A program made the position numbers and the translations under genes. From Bacteroidia bacterium (GTDB taxonomy: Bacteria > Bacteroidota > Bacteroidia > UBA4408), in the NCBI GenBank assembly GCA_044374175.1, contig JBILPB010000003.1, forward strand, positions 1 to 62,468: a stretch of DNA of 62,468 nt, in the 5' to 3' direction. The notes below the pieces were generated by a model, which worked only from the letters and a program-made list of their open reading frames with translations, did not search any database and was not told where the DNA came from. This document shows, in pieces, positions 8,971 through 19,986 of this stretch. Within the stretch, counting starts at the first letter, position 1. Every line of letters begins with the position of its first letter.

Positions 8971-9588
8971 ATGAAAAATTACAGTAAATACGGTTTAAGT
9001 TTCTTATTGTTTTTTTTATTGACTCATGGTATGTTATTGCATGCTCAAAATTATCAGAAAGGGCTTTCTGAAACTGATTTAAAAATGTACACTTCAATTG
9101 AAGAAGGCTTATTAAATCGAGATAGTGTAAGGTATTTAAGTTTAAAACACAAAAAACTCAAAGTTATTCCCAAGGAAGTATTTCTTTTTAAAAATCTTGA
9201 AATTTTAGACCTTAGTAAAAACAAACTAGATGAGCTCCCTGAAGAAATCGAAAAACTTGAGAAACTCCGCGAATTAAGTGTTTCCAATAATAACTTAACC
9301 TCTCTTCCGATACAAATAGGTAAATTAATTTCTTTAAAAAAAATTATTGCCTACCAGAATAATATTGCGCTATTGCCCACTACTATTGGAAATTTAAAAA
9401 ATCTTGAATTATTAGATTTGTGGAGCAACGAAATAGAAACTTTTCCTGAAGAAATTAAAGACTTAAAACAACTTAAGTTTGTAGATTTAAGAGGGATTAT
9501 GCTTTCAGATGAACAAAAGGCCACAATTAAATCGCTTTTACCCAATGCCCAAATTGAATTTTCGATGGGTTGTAATTGTTTGAAATAA
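8971..9588 (+). CDS. Exported leucine-rich-repeat protein
   Basis: Signal peptide and about five 23-aa LRRs (LxxLxLxxNxLxxLPxxIxxL). Confidence 0.9.
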   Translation: MKNYSKYGLSFLLFFLLTHGMLLHAQNYQKGLSETDLKMYTSIEEGLLNRDSVRYLSLKHKKLKVIPKEVFLFKNLEILDLSKNKLDELPEEIEKLEKLRELSVSNNNLTSLPIQIGKLISLKKIIAYQNNIALLPTTIGNLKNLELLDLWSNEIETFPEEIKDLKQLKFVDLRGIMLSDEQKATIKSLLPNAQIEFSMGCNCLK

Positions 9589-9739
9589 TAAGAACCTTAA
9601 ACCTTATAGCTTTATTAAATTTTAGTAGGATTAATGCATTTAAGAATTAATTCATTAAAACTACTTGAAATAAAGCATAAAAAAGCTTCATTTCTTTTTT
9701 TTAATTTACGATATTCGCAGCAAAACTTATAAAATCAAT

Positions 9740-10768
9740 ATGGAGTTCAGAAAAATGGTTACAACACTTGGACAGTTTATTATTGAGCGTCAGGCAGATT
9801 ATCCTTATTCTAAAGGAGAACTATCTAGATTATTAAGAGACATTGGCATAGCTGCTAAAATTGTAAACCGCGAAGTTAATAAGGCAGGTTTGGTAGATAT
9901 ACTTGGTGAAGTTGGTGAAACGAATGTGCAAGGTGAAAGTGTAAAAAAATTAGACACCTTTGCCAACGATCAATTTATAAGTGCATTGAGTACGGGTGGT
10001 GAATGTTGTGCCATAGCCTCTGAAGAAAACGAAGAGTTTATTCCTATTGACAATTCAGTATCTCAAAATGCTAAATATGTGGTTTGTATGGACCCTTTGG
10101 ATGGTTCTTCCAATATTGATGTAAACGTTTCAATAGGAACCATTTTCTCGATATACAGAAGAAAGTCGAAACCACAAGGGCCAGGCACTATTGAAGATTT
10201 TTTACAAAAAGGTACCGAACAAGTTGCTGCCGGATATATTATTTATGGATCATCAACCATGTTGGTATACACTACAGGCAATGGCGTTAATGGTTTTACA
10301 TTAGACCCAAGTATTGGTGAATTTTGTTTGTCACACCCAGATATGAAAGCACCCAATATGGGTGAAATATATTCTATTAATCAAGGAAATTTTGTGCATT
10401 TCCCTCCAGGGGTAAAAGATTACATAAAATATTGTCAAGATTTAGATAAAGCTACAAACCGCCCTTATACCTTGAGATACATAGGTTCTTTGGTGGCCGA
10501 TTTTCATAGAAATTTAATTAAAGGCGGTATTTATATTTATCCACCCACCTACAAATCGCCTAACGGTAAATTAAGATTACTGTATGAATGTAATCCATTG
10601 GCCTTTATTGCTGAACAAGCTGGCTCTAAGGCTACCGATGGCTTTAGAAGAATTTTAGAAATAGATCCAACTGATATTCACCAACGTGTTCCTTTGTTTA
10701 TTGGCTCAACCGAAATGGTGGAAAAAGCAGAAGATTATATGCTCAAGCAACCTGCTTTACAAGGTTAA
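9740..10768 (+). CDS. fbp: Class 1 fructose-1,6-bisphosphatase
   Basis: [39 protein letters not shown]. Confidence 0.97.
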   Translation: MEFRKMVTTLGQFIIERQADYPYSKGELSRLLRDIGIAAKIVNREVNKAGLVDILGEVGETNVQGESVKKLDTFANDQFISALSTGGECCAIASEENEEFIPIDNSVSQNAKYVVCMDPLDGSSNIDVNVSIGTIFSIYRRKSKPQGPGTIEDFLQKGTEQVAAGYIIYGSSTMLVYTTGNGVNGFTLDPSIGEFCLSHPDMKAPNMGEIYSINQGNFVHFPPGVKDYIKYCQDLDKATNRPYTLRYIGSLVADFHRNLIKGGIYIYPPTYKSPNGKLRLLYECNPLAFIAEQAGSKATDGFRRILEIDPTDIHQRVPLFIGSTEMVEKAEDYMLKQPALQG

Positions 10769-10787
10769 TTTAATGCCTTCATATAAA

Positions 10788-10819
10788 AAAGCCCCAACAA
10801 AAAAGATTGTTGAGGCTTT
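10788..10819. terminator. Probable bidirectional terminator between fbp and icd
   Basis: AAAGCCCCAACAA...TTGTTGAGGCTTT hairpin with one mismatch. Confidence 0.7.
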
Positions 10820-10839
10820 CATCTTATAAAAATGAGGAA

Positions 10840-12069
10840 TTACTTTCCTAACTTGTTTTTTAAGTTGGCATCAATTGTATTTAAAAAATCTTCGGTAGTT
10901 AAATAGTTTTCTTTTGCTACGTTATTTCCATAAATACAAACGGCTAAATCTTTGGTCATTTTACCACTTTCAACCGTTTCAATACAAACTGCTTCTAAAG
11001 CTTCGCAAAACTGCACCAATTCCTTATTACCATCTAATGTACCTCTAAAAGCTAAGCCTTGTGTCCAGGCAAAAATAGAAGCAATTGGATTGGTTGAAGT
11101 TGGTTTACCTTCTTGATGCATGCGATAATGGCGTGTAACTGTTCCGTGAGCTGCTTCAGCTTCCATGGTTTTTCCATCAGGAGTAATTAATGAACTTGTC
11201 ATTAATCCTAAAGAGCCAAAACCTTGCGCTACTGTATCACTTTGCACATCGCCATCATAATTTTTGCAAGCCCAAACAAAATTACCATTCCATTTTAAAG
11301 CAGAAGCTACCATATCATCAATTAAACGATGCTCGTATGTAATGCCTAAGGTATCCATTCTGCCTTTAAATTCTGTTTGATAAATTTCTTCAAAAATATC
11401 TTTAAACCTTCCATCATACTTTTTTAAAATGGTATTTTTTGTAGAAAGATACAAAGGCCATTTTTTCATCAAGGCTTGATTAAAGCAAGAACGCGCAAAT
11501 CCTTTAATAGACTCATCGGTATTATACATGGCTAATGCCACACCATCTCCTTTAAAGTTAAACACTTCGAAAGATTGAGGCGTAGAACCATCTTCTGGTG
11601 TGTAAGTAATGGTTAACTTACCGTTTCCTTTGGTTACAAAATCAGTTGCTCTGTATTGATCTCCAAATGCGTGACGACCGATACAGATTGGAGCAGTCCA
11701 ATTAGGAACTAAACGCGGAATGTTTTTCATTACAATGGGTTCACGAAATACAGTACCATCTAAAATATTTCTGATAGTACCATTAGGCGATTTCCACATT
11801 TGTTTTAAATTGAATTCCTTTACACGTGCCTCGTCTGGTGTAATAGTGGCACACTTAATACCCACATTATATTTTTTTATTGCTTCAGCAGCCTCAACTG
11901 TTACCTTATCATCCGTAGCATCACGATTTTCAATGCCCAAATCATAATATTTAATATCTAAATCAAGGTATGGATGAATTAATTTATCTTTAATAAAAGC
12001 CCATATCACTCTTGTCATTTCATCCCCATCCAGCTCTACTACTGGGTTGCTAACTTTAATTTTGCTCAT
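10840..12069 (-). CDS. icd: NADP-dependent isocitrate dehydrogenase (dimeric, eukaryote-like subfamily)
   Basis: [49 protein letters not shown]. Confidence 0.98.
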   Translation of the reverse strand: MSKIKVSNPVVELDGDEMTRVIWAFIKDKLIHPYLDLDIKYYDLGIENRDATDDKVTVEAAEAIKKYNVGIKCATITPDEARVKEFNLKQMWKSPNGTIRNILDGTVFREPIVMKNIPRLVPNWTAPICIGRHAFGDQYRATDFVTKGNGKLTITYTPEDGSTPQSFEVFNFKGDGVALAMYNTDESIKGFARSCFNQALMKKWPLYLSTKNTILKKYDGRFKDIFEEIYQTEFKGRMDTLGITYEHRLIDDMVASALKWNGNFVWACKNYDGDVQSDTVAQGFGSLGLMTSSLITPDGKTMEAEAAHGTVTRHYRMHQEGKPTSTNPIASIFAWTQGLAFRGTLDGNKELVQFCEALEAVCIETVESGKMTKDLAVCIYGNNVAKENYLTTEDFLNTIDANLKNKLGK

Positions 12070-12111
12070 TTGGTTTAATGTTTAAAAGGTAATTATTAGT
12101 TTAATTAATGA

Positions 12112-15108
12112 TTAATATCCGAATACATCTTCAAGCTTAAGATAAGTAAGTTTACCATAACCTTCTAATGTTTTAATGTCTAAAGTATTTTTGTTTCCTA
12201 GCACCATAATATTGTATTTTTTATCTTTAAAATGTGCTTGTTGAAACGCTTTAATATTTTCAAATTTCATTGCTGGTACTGCTGCAAAAACATCCTTTCT
12301 CATATCATAAGAGTTCCCCATTTTTTTAGCGTTCATATAGTTAAATAAAATACCACTTTTAGTAATTCTTTCGGTTCTAATTTGCTCTTCAACTGCTTTT
12401 TTGGCGTTGTTAAACATGTTTTCACTTTCTGGTAAATTGTTCATTAATTCAAACATACCTTTCATTGCTTCTGGTAATTTATCGGCTTGTGTTCCAATGT
12501 ATGCCAGCGCATAATGAGATCTTTCTTTATTTTGAGGCCCACGGTAACTACTAAACACAGAGTAGGCTAAAGCTTTTGATTCGCGCATGGTTTGAAAAAC
12601 AATACTTCCCATTCCACCTCCAAAATATTCATTAAATAAAGTTATGGTGGGCAAGTTATTTCTATTGTATTTTTCATCTTTAGAAAGCATCATAATTTCA
12701 GCTTGTTTCATATCATAATCAATTACAAAAACTTCTGTTTGTTTATTATCTTGTTCGGTAAAACCAATTGGTGTTGGTATTGCTTTTAAAGGCGTTGGTG
12801 CCTTATGATTTGCGTTGATTTTGTTGGTAAATATATCGGCTGTTAAAGGGCCATAATAATAAATATCATGCTGATAGGAAGTTAAATCTTTTATTCTTTG
12901 AATTAACTCATCAGGATTAATAGCTTTTAGCTCTTCAGCTGATAAAATATTGGTATAAGGAGACTTTGAACCATACACTGCATAATTATACATTCCACTC
13001 CACAATATTTTGCCTTTACTTAACTTATCGTCTTCGCGTTGTTTTAAAATAGATGATACTAAATTATCTAAAGCTACTTTATCTGCTTTTGCGTTCTTAA
13101 GCAAACCTTCAAATAGTATAAGGGCAGTTTCAAAACTTTCGTTCAAGCCTTCTAAACTAACATAAACTTGATCTTCTGAAGTAAACACATTATAGTTACA
13201 TCCAAGTTTGTAAAATTCTTGCTTAAGCTGCTCATTGGTTAATTCTGCTGTTCCCAAGAAATTTAAATACTCAACAGCAAGTCCTAATTTTTTGTCATGA
13301 TTTTTACCCATTTCAACCACATAATACAAGTTAAACAAATTGTTTTCTTTGTTTTGGGTGGTATAAATAGGAGCTCCAACCATAGTTTTATATTGTATGA
13401 TATCTTTACTATAATCTAAGAAAACAGGCTCAATAGCTGGTGATTTAGCATCCATAATGCTTTTCAAGAAAGGAGATTGCGCATCACGATTTACTTCAAC
13501 AGGAGTAATTTCTGGCTTTATAACTTTCTGAACATTTTTATCTTCGCCAGTGCGTTTGTATACTACTACATAGTTTTGATTTAAATTGGCTTTTGCCCAA
13601 GCTACTATTTGCTCTTTAGTGATTGCGCCTAATTTATTTATTTGATTAGTATAATCAGTCCATGATTTTTCATTTACAAATGCATTAACCATGGCCATTG
13701 CTCTTGAACCATTGTCTTCATATTCTTTGGTTTGTTGCAATTTTATATCATTGATAATCGCCTTCATCATCCAATCAGGAAAATCACCTTTTTTTAATTT
13801 TTCAATCTCTGCTAACACTAAATCTTTCGTTTGCTCAAGTGTTTGGCCTTCTTTAGCATTGGCATCCAAAATAAAAACACCATAATCTTTTAAAATATAT
13901 GGAAACACCGATGAACTAAGTACCTTTTGTTGTTGATTTAAATTTAAATCCATTAAACCTGCTGTTCCATTGTATAAAATTTTAGCTGCAATCTCAGCAA
14001 GCTCTGCGTCTGCAGTACTTTGACCACCAAGGCGGTATGCAAGTAGCATTGATTCTGCGTCTGGTCCAAAAACTTCCTTAACAATTGGCTGAGTAATTGG
14101 CTCTTCTTTACCTGGCGTATAAACAGGCACCGGTTTTGATTTCATACTTCCAAAACGACTGTCAATTAAACGAATGGTTTGCTCGTAATCAAAATCACCC
14201 GACATACAAATGGCCATGTTGTTTGGCACATAATAAGTATCATAATATTCCTTTATTTTTTTAATGGAAGGATTTTTCAAATGTTCAATTGTACCAATGG
14301 TAGTTTGTTTACCGTAGTTATTGTTTGGAAATATGGCAGCAAACAATGTTTCAAAAACTTTACGACCATCGTTATCCAAACCTCTGTTTTTTTCTTCATA
14401 CACTGCTTCTAACTCTGTATGAAAAATACGCAAAACAGGATTGCGGAAACGTTCAGCTTCAATTGTTAACCACTTCTCTAATTGATTTGATGGTATATCG
14501 TTTACATAAACAGTTTGCTCAAATGATGTAAAAGCATTGGTACCAGTAGCACCAATTGAACTCAACATTTTATCATACTCATTGGCAATGGCGTATTTTG
14601 CAGCTACACCACTTATACTGTCGATTTGGTGATACATTGATTTGCGCTTCTCTTCATCCTTAGTAACGCGGTATGCTTCGTAAAGCGCTTCAATTTTATC
14701 AAGTTCAACTTTTTCTTTTGCAAAATCTAAACTTCCATATTTATCAGTACCTTTAAATAACAAATGCTCCAAATAATGGGCTAAACCTGTGGCATCTGCA
14801 GGATCACTTTTACTTCCAGCCTTAGTTGCAATATAAGTTTGGATACGAGGAGCATCTTTGTAAACACTTAAATAAACTTTTAAACCATTGGCCAAAGTAT
14901 AGATTCTTGCATTTAATAAATCGCCTTTAACCGATTCATACTTGTATTCTATATCACTTTTTTGTTGAGCTTGCGCAGCTTTGCTAGCTTCAGCAGGTGT
15001 TGGACTTATTTGAGTGCTTTTTAAAACTTGCACGTTCTTTTGAGCTATACTGCAGGCAGATACAATTGCAACAATATAAAGACTTAATTTAATCTTCAAT
15101 TTAATCAT
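12112..15108 (-). CDS. M16 (insulinase-family) zinc metallopeptidase, four-domain, probable lipoprotein
   Basis: HYLEH (HxxEH), NAFTS, RESKALAYS; SAC lipobox-like leader. Confidence 0.93.
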   Translation of the reverse strand: MIKLKIKLSLYIVAIVSACSIAQKNVQVLKSTQISPTPAEASKAAQAQQKSDIEYKYESVKGDLLNARIYTLANGLKVYLSVYKDAPRIQTYIATKAGSKSDPADATGLAHYLEHLLFKGTDKYGSLDFAKEKVELDKIEALYEAYRVTKDEEKRKSMYHQIDSISGVAAKYAIANEYDKMLSSIGATGTNAFTSFEQTVYVNDIPSNQLEKWLTIEAERFRNPVLRIFHTELEAVYEEKNRGLDNDGRKVFETLFAAIFPNNNYGKQTTIGTIEHLKNPSIKKIKEYYDTYYVPNNMAICMSGDFDYEQTIRLIDSRFGSMKSKPVPVYTPGKEEPITQPIVKEVFGPDAESMLLAYRLGGQSTADAELAEIAAKILYNGTAGLMDLNLNQQQKVLSSSVFPYILKDYGVFILDANAKEGQTLEQTKDLVLAEIEKLKKGDFPDWMMKAIINDIKLQQTKEYEDNGSRAMAMVNAFVNEKSWTDYTNQINKLGAITKEQIVAWAKANLNQNYVVVYKRTGEDKNVQKVIKPEITPVEVNRDAQSPFLKSIMDAKSPAIEPVFLDYSKDIIQYKTMVGAPIYTTQNKENNLFNLYYVVEMGKNHDKKLGLAVEYLNFLGTAELTNEQLKQEFYKLGCNYNVFTSEDQVYVSLEGLNESFETALILFEGLLKNAKADKVALDNLVSSILKQREDDKLSKGKILWSGMYNYAVYGSKSPYTNILSAEELKAINPDELIQRIKDLTSYQHDIYYYGPLTADIFTNKINANHKAPTPLKAIPTPIGFTEQDNKQTEVFVIDYDMKQAEIMMLSKDEKYNRNNLPTITLFNEYFGGGMGSIVFQTMRESKALAYSVFSSYRGPQNKERSHYALAYIGTQADKLPEAMKGMFELMNNLPESENMFNNAKKAVEEQIRTERITKSGILFNYMNAKKMGNSYDMRKDVFAAVPAMKFENIKAFQQAHFKDKKYNIMVLGNKNTLDIKTLEGYGKLTYLKLEDVFGY

Positions 15109-15118
15109 TTTTTTGGTT

Positions 15119-16921
15119 TTATATTTCTAAATCTAATTGACTTCTAAATGTTTCTAAAATAGGATTTATTTGCACTAAGCGCATGTATTTTTCGCGATTA
15201 GTATAAGGCTTACGCTCAGTTTCATCTTTACTTACTTCCAAAATAATTTGGATGTAATCGTTTTGCAAATCATTTCTTAATTGTAAACTCAAATCTGTTA
15301 GTACAGCTTGCACATCACTTTCTTGAACTGCGTTGTATAATTTAAATAAGATTTGATTTGACTCAACAATAACAGGTTTGGCAACAGTTAAAGTATGCCA
15401 TAAAGATGTTTTACCTTTTTCATCTACTTGTTTTGCATAAGCAGCCCAGGAGGTTTGCAATTGCTCTTCAGTAAAAACATTATTTCTAAGGTTGTTACTA
15501 TTTACAATCTCCTCCTTATCAATAGTTTTAGACTGATTAAGCATAGATGCAATGGATGGCTTTCCAATGCTAAAATTCTTAGGTGATATTACTTTTTTAA
15601 TTTCAGCTTTTTGCTCTAAAGGCTGTGTAATTAGAGTTTTACCAATATCTTCACTTTCTGATTCCTCCACCGTTGAAGCAGAAGTATTTGTTTGAATGCT
15701 TGAATTTATTGACTCACTATTTGTGCTGTATGCTGTATCTTTAGGAGCTTCTGGTAGTTCTGTGCTTGCAGCAACTGTAACCTCATTTAGGACAGTGTCA
15801 GGCTTTTTTTTTTCGCTGTCAAGTTTTAAACCTTGCAACGTACACAACTGCATGAGTGCTAACTCTACTAAAAGCCGCTGATTTACACTCATTTTATAGG
15901 CACCTTCTGTTTTAGTGCAAATTTCTAAGCCTTTAATTAAAAAAGACATTTCACAACGACCGGCCTGACTCTTGTATTTTTCTTTAATGCCCTGACTAGT
16001 TTCTAACAATTGCAAGGTAACGGCATCGCGACTTACCAATAAATTACGTAAGTGCTGTGCTAGGCCATTCACAAAGAAATTACCTTCAAACCCATTAGAT
16101 AAGATTTCATTGTACAATAGTAATGATGATGAAACATCCCCCACCAACAAGAAATCTGTAAGCTTAAAATAATAATCGTAATCTAAAATATTTAAATTTT
16201 CGATAACCGATTTGTAAGTAATATTGTTTCCAGCAAAGGTTACAATCTGATCGAACATACTCAAAGCATCTCGCAGCGCGCCATCCGCCTTCTGAGCTAT
16301 TACATGTAGACCATCATTTTCATAGGAGATATTTTCCTTTTGCGCAATTTCGGCCAAATGATTGGCCATATCTTCCACTTTAATACGGTTGAAATCAAAA
16401 ATTTGACAACGCGATAATATCGTAGGAATAATTTTATGTTTTTCGGTAGTGGCTAAAATAAAAATTGCATGTGGTGGTGGCTCTTCCAAGGTTTTTAAAA
16501 AAGCATTGAAAGCTTGATTACTCAGCATGTGCACCTCATCAATAATAAATACTTTGTATTTACCAATTTGAGGAACAAAACGCACTTGATCCACTAAGTT
16601 TCTAATATCATCTACTGAATTATTGCTGGCCGCATCAAGCTCTAAAATATTTAATGAACGACCTTCATTAAAAGAAACGCAGGATTCACAAACATTGCAA
16701 GGTTCAGTATTTGCATCAACATTAAAACAATTGATAGTTTTAGCTAAAATACGCGCACTGGTTGTTTTGCCCACCCCACGCGGCCCACAAAACAAAAAAG
16801 CTTGTGCTAAATGATTGCTTTTAATCGCATTTTTTAGGGTAATGGTAATATGGCTCTGCCCCACCACCGAGTTAAAGGTGGAAGGCCTGTACTTACGTGC
16901 CGATACTACAAATTTTTCCAT
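15119..16921 (-). CDS. dnaX: DNA polymerase III subunit gamma/tau (600 aa from the ATG at 16921)
   Basis: SARKYRP, GPRGVGKTT (Walker A), Cys4 zinc site, DEVHMLS..AFNAFLKTLEEPP, TILSRCQ, followed by a low-complexity linker and a C-terminal domain. Confidence 0.97.
   Translation of the reverse strand: MEKFVVSARKYRPSTFNSVVGQSHITITLKNAIKSNHLAQAFLFCGPRGVGKTTSARILAKTINCFNVDANTEPCNVCESCVSFNEGRSLNILELDAASNNSVDDIRNLVDQVRFVPQIGKYKVFIIDEVHMLSNQAFNAFLKTLEEPPPHAIFILATTEKHKIIPTILSRCQIFDFNRIKVEDMANHLAEIAQKENISYENDGLHVIAQKADGALRDALSMFDQIVTFAGNNITYKSVIENLNILDYDYYFKLTDFLLVGDVSSSLLLYNEILSNGFEGNFFVNGLAQHLRNLLVSRDAVTLQLLETSQGIKEKYKSQAGRCEMSFLIKGLEICTKTEGAYKMSVNQRLLVELALMQLCTLQGLKLDSEKKKPDTVLNEVTVAASTELPEAPKDTAYSTNSESINSSIQTNTSASTVEESESEDIGKTLITQPLEQKAEIKKVISPKNFSIGKPSIASMLNQSKTIDKEEIVNSNNLRNNVFTEEQLQTSWAAYAKQVDEKGKTSLWHTLTVAKPVIVESNQILFKLYNAVQESDVQAVLTDLSLQLRNDLQNDYIQIILEVSKDETERKPYTNREKYMRLVQINPILETFRSQLDLEI
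15798..15814 (-). other. Candidate recoding (slippage/frameshift) site in dnaX
   Basis: Minus strand reads GAA AAA AAA AAG CCT GA: an A10 run, an in-frame A_AAA_AAG, and a -1 frame of GCC TGA. Confidence 0.65.
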
Positions 16922-16930
16922 TTGGGAGTG

Positions 16931-16938
16931 CAAATATA
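16931..16938 (-). promoter_or_regulatory. -7 promoter element for dnaX (very short leader)
   Basis: TATATTTG on the minus strand, ending 9 nt before the ATG at 16921. Confidence 0.6.
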
Positions 16939-17049
16939 ACAGAATTGCAATAGCTTAAGAAGGGAAAATGAAAATAATATTTTAGCTTGGTGCAATATTT
17001 ATGAAGCACTTGTATTTATAGAGCAACAAACAAAGAAGCCATCGAAATG

Positions 17050-17943
17050 CTACTTCTTAATCTCAATCTCATTCTTATTTAAAGCTTCATTGTAAACATC
17101 CATTTTCATGCCTTCAATAAGGGTAAGTTTACGTTTGTTAAGGATGATATTGCGGATATTTTCACGTTCAAAACTGAGTGGCGATACTGAATCTTTAATT
17201 TTAAAACCTTTGATGTTTACAAAATACAAATGCGCACTATCAGTAAGCTCTATAAATCTGTTATTTTTAAGATATTGCTCTTTGTCATAAGTTTCAATGG
17301 GAATTTCTTTTAATAAATCATCAAACAAAAGCCATGCATCCTCTTCTAAAAAATAGTTTTCTGCAAATTGATGGCAATAATCTTCTAAAGGCTTTTTATC
17401 AGTTGGCTTTCCCGATTTATACCATTCCTTTAATTTATTAATTTTGGGAGCATTCTTTTTCACTTTGATGTAAATTACCTTAATGATATTATCCTTCAAT
17501 TCAAAGTTCTGAGGATTTTTATTGTAATAGGCTTCAATTTCAGAATTGCTTACAGCTGTGTCTAATCTTTGATTTACCAAAGCTTTCTCAAAAGCGTAAG
17601 TGATGAGTGCATTTCTGTAACTTTCTAATTCATGTTCAACATCCTTTTGATCATCATCTAAGTTCTTTTCGGCATGCAATAAAACAACTTGTTGCTTTGC
17701 CCATGTTTCTGCAAAATTATGAACAAATACCACACTATCTTTACCATGCAATTTTTGCGGCATTTGTTCCAAAACTTCATCTAAATAAAGATAAGAATCA
17801 TAAACTCTTGCTAGCTCTGTACCTTCTTTTTTTTTGCCCTTTTTAAAGAATTTGCATTGTGTAAAAAGCATAGCCATCGCCAGCAATATGCAAATGCTAA
17901 TTATGGGAAATTTACAATTGGTGTTTATATGATTAATCTTCAC
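17050..17943 (-). CDS. SurA/PPIase-associated foldase-like lipoprotein
   Basis: Lipobox-like FTQC, ARVYDSYLY, SPLSFERENIRNIILNKRK; directly downstream of a PpiC-type PPIase. Confidence 0.7.
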   Translation of the reverse strand: MKINHINTNCKFPIISICILLAMAMLFTQCKFFKKGKKKEGTELARVYDSYLYLDEVLEQMPQKLHGKDSVVFVHNFAETWAKQQVVLLHAEKNLDDDQKDVEHELESYRNALITYAFEKALVNQRLDTAVSNSEIEAYYNKNPQNFELKDNIIKVIYIKVKKNAPKINKLKEWYKSGKPTDKKPLEDYCHQFAENYFLEEDAWLLFDDLLKEIPIETYDKEQYLKNNRFIELTDSAHLYFVNIKGFKIKDSVSPLSFERENIRNIILNKRKLTLIEGMKMDVYNEALNKNEIEIKK

Positions 17944-18009
17944 TATTTAAAAATAAAAAAGTATACACTGTTATAAAAACAGTGTATACTTAGCATCATA
18001 ATAATTAAA

Positions 18010-19986
18010 CTATTTTACTGTTGATAAAACTGCTTTATCAACGGTAAACTGATATTTAGTTCTTAAAGAAGCAATCCATTGTTTCTCTAAGTGGTTTTGA
18101 TAATCAGCTGTAATTAATCCTTTTGCTTCAGCAATAGTTTTGTTTGTAGGCGCTAAAATATTTTCAAAATCAACAAAAACAACTTGTTTATCAATTGAGG
18201 TATTAGCGCTTAAACCTTTTTTCCATTCAATTTTATCTACAATTTCATTATCACCTTTGCTGTATTTGCCACTTTCGATATTTAAATTCAATTGAGAGTC
18301 CTTATTGATGGCTTTCAAAATATCATCATTGGTATATTTTTTCTTGGCTTTATCTTTCAACATTTTGCGTACTTCGTTTGCCACTTTTTCATCAGCACAT
18401 TTATAAACAGTTGCCTCTGAACGCGTTTCCCACATGTATTTTGCTTTATTTTCTTCATAAAATGCTTTTAAGCCGACAGTATCTTTCACTGCCTTCGACC
18501 ATACATTTTTATCTGTTAAGTCAAATAATAAAATACCATCTCTATACTCTTGCAACAAGGCCTTAAACTCTGGGTATTTTGAAGCCAATTTGCTTTCTTC
18601 ATAAGCCAGACTCGATTCATTCACAAACTCTTTGTACATATCATTAACCACCATCGTAAAGTCTGTTTTAGCTCTTTTACTTTGGTGATTTTCTAAATAA
18701 ACGGCAAAGTCTTTTTGACCATATGTTTTATCGCCTATAGAAAATAAACCATCTTTAATTAATTTGCCAGCCGCAGCGCTTTTCCACTTTGCTTCAAAAT
18801 AAGTAGTATCAATTACTTTCACAAATTCGTCACGCAATTTTAAGTTTTCTTTGAAATTATATTGCTTTTTAATTTTAGCAATCATACTTTCTTTCCCATT
18901 TTGAGAGCGACTGTCTTTGCCTATTTTTCCTTTTAATTCTGGTTTTAGTTCATCAAAACTTCCTAATTCTTTTTTACTCAATCTTTTAATGATATGCCAA
19001 CCATATTGCGTTTGAATAGGTGCCGACATATCGCCATCATTTTTCAAAGCAAAAGCAGCTTTTTCAAATTCAATGACCATTCTGCCAGTTCCAAACATCG
19101 GTAGTTCACCACCTTTCTTTGCTGAGCCTTTATCATCGCTATGTTGTTTTGCCATTTCTGCAAAATCAGCTCCTGCTTTTATTTTAGCATACAATTCATC
19201 AATCTTGGCTTTAGGATCAACCTTTGAAGTATCTTTTACATTGGCATCTTTAGGTGGTGTTTTTACCATCACATGCGCCACTGTTATTTGACCTTGATTA
19301 GCCCTTTCGTCAGTTTTTAAAATAATATGATATCCAAAACGAGTGCGCACCGGCATAGATACTTTGTTTATTTCCGCGCTAAATGCGGCTGTTTCAAAAG
19401 GATAAACCATTTGCATGCTGGTAAAATAACCTAAATCACCACCGTTGTCTTTGGCTGATGGATCTTCAGAAATTTCCTTGGCTACTTTTGCAAAATCTTC
19501 TCCTTTTAAAATTCTATTTCTAGCAGCTATTGTTTTGTTGTAGGCAGCCAAAGTGTCCTTTGGAAGGGCAGCAGCATCGCATTTAATTAAAATATGACTT
19601 GCTCTTACGTCTTTTTTCATGCGCTCATAAGCTTCTTTTAAAAGCTTATCGTTTACTTCATTATCTGTCAAGTATGGCGCTGCTAATTGTTTACGATAAC
19701 CTTCAAGTTCATTTTTAAAGGCACCCACAGTATCTAAACCGAGCTCTTCGGCTTCTTTAACTTTCAATTTAAAATTAATGAATAGTTGTAAATAGTCTTC
19801 TAATGATTTTGCATCAGAAGCGGCATTTTTAGTGTTATTTTTATGATAAATGGCTTCAAACTCAGATTTTGTGATGTTCTTACCTGCCACGGTCATCAAT
19901 ACAGGTTCGGTTGAAGTTTGAGCATTTGCAATGAAAGCGCAGCTTAATAAAGCTGCCAACAGTACATTTGGTTTTCTGAATTTCAT
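18010..19986 (-). CDS. Periplasmic parvulin-type peptidyl-prolyl isomerase (SurA-like, two rotamase domains)
   Basis: RASHILIK, SEDPSAKDNGGDLGYF, TRFGYHII, SDDKGSAKKGGEL, TQYGWHII. Confidence 0.92.
   Translation of the reverse strand: MKFRKPNVLLAALLSCAFIANAQTSTEPVLMTVAGKNITKSEFEAIYHKNNTKNAASDAKSLEDYLQLFINFKLKVKEAEELGLDTVGAFKNELEGYRKQLAAPYLTDNEVNDKLLKEAYERMKKDVRASHILIKCDAAALPKDTLAAYNKTIAARNRILKGEDFAKVAKEISEDPSAKDNGGDLGYFTSMQMVYPFETAAFSAEINKVSMPVRTRFGYHIILKTDERANQGQITVAHVMVKTPPKDANVKDTSKVDPKAKIDELYAKIKAGADFAEMAKQHSDDKGSAKKGGELPMFGTGRMVIEFEKAAFALKNDGDMSAPIQTQYGWHIIKRLSKKELGSFDELKPELKGKIGKDSRSQNGKESMIAKIKKQYNFKENLKLRDEFVKVIDTTYFEAKWKSAAAGKLIKDGLFSIGDKTYGQKDFAVYLENHQSKRAKTDFTMVVNDMYKEFVNESSLAYEESKLASKYPEFKALLQEYRDGILLFDLTDKNVWSKAVKDTVGLKAFYEENKAKYMWETRSEATVYKCADEKVANEVRKMLKDKAKKKYTNDDILKAINKDSQLNLNIESGKYSKGDNEIVDKIEWKKGLSANTSIDKQVVFVDFENILAPTNKTIAEAKGLITADYQNHLEKQWIASLRTKYQFTVDKAVLSTVK

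Noticed and set aside
17827-17835. A9 run (minus strand) near the start of the foldase-like lipoprotein
   Set aside because: It encodes the Lys-rich stretch after the lipobox. Such runs are expected in this AT-rich genome, and no useful alternative product is apparent, unlike the dnaX site.
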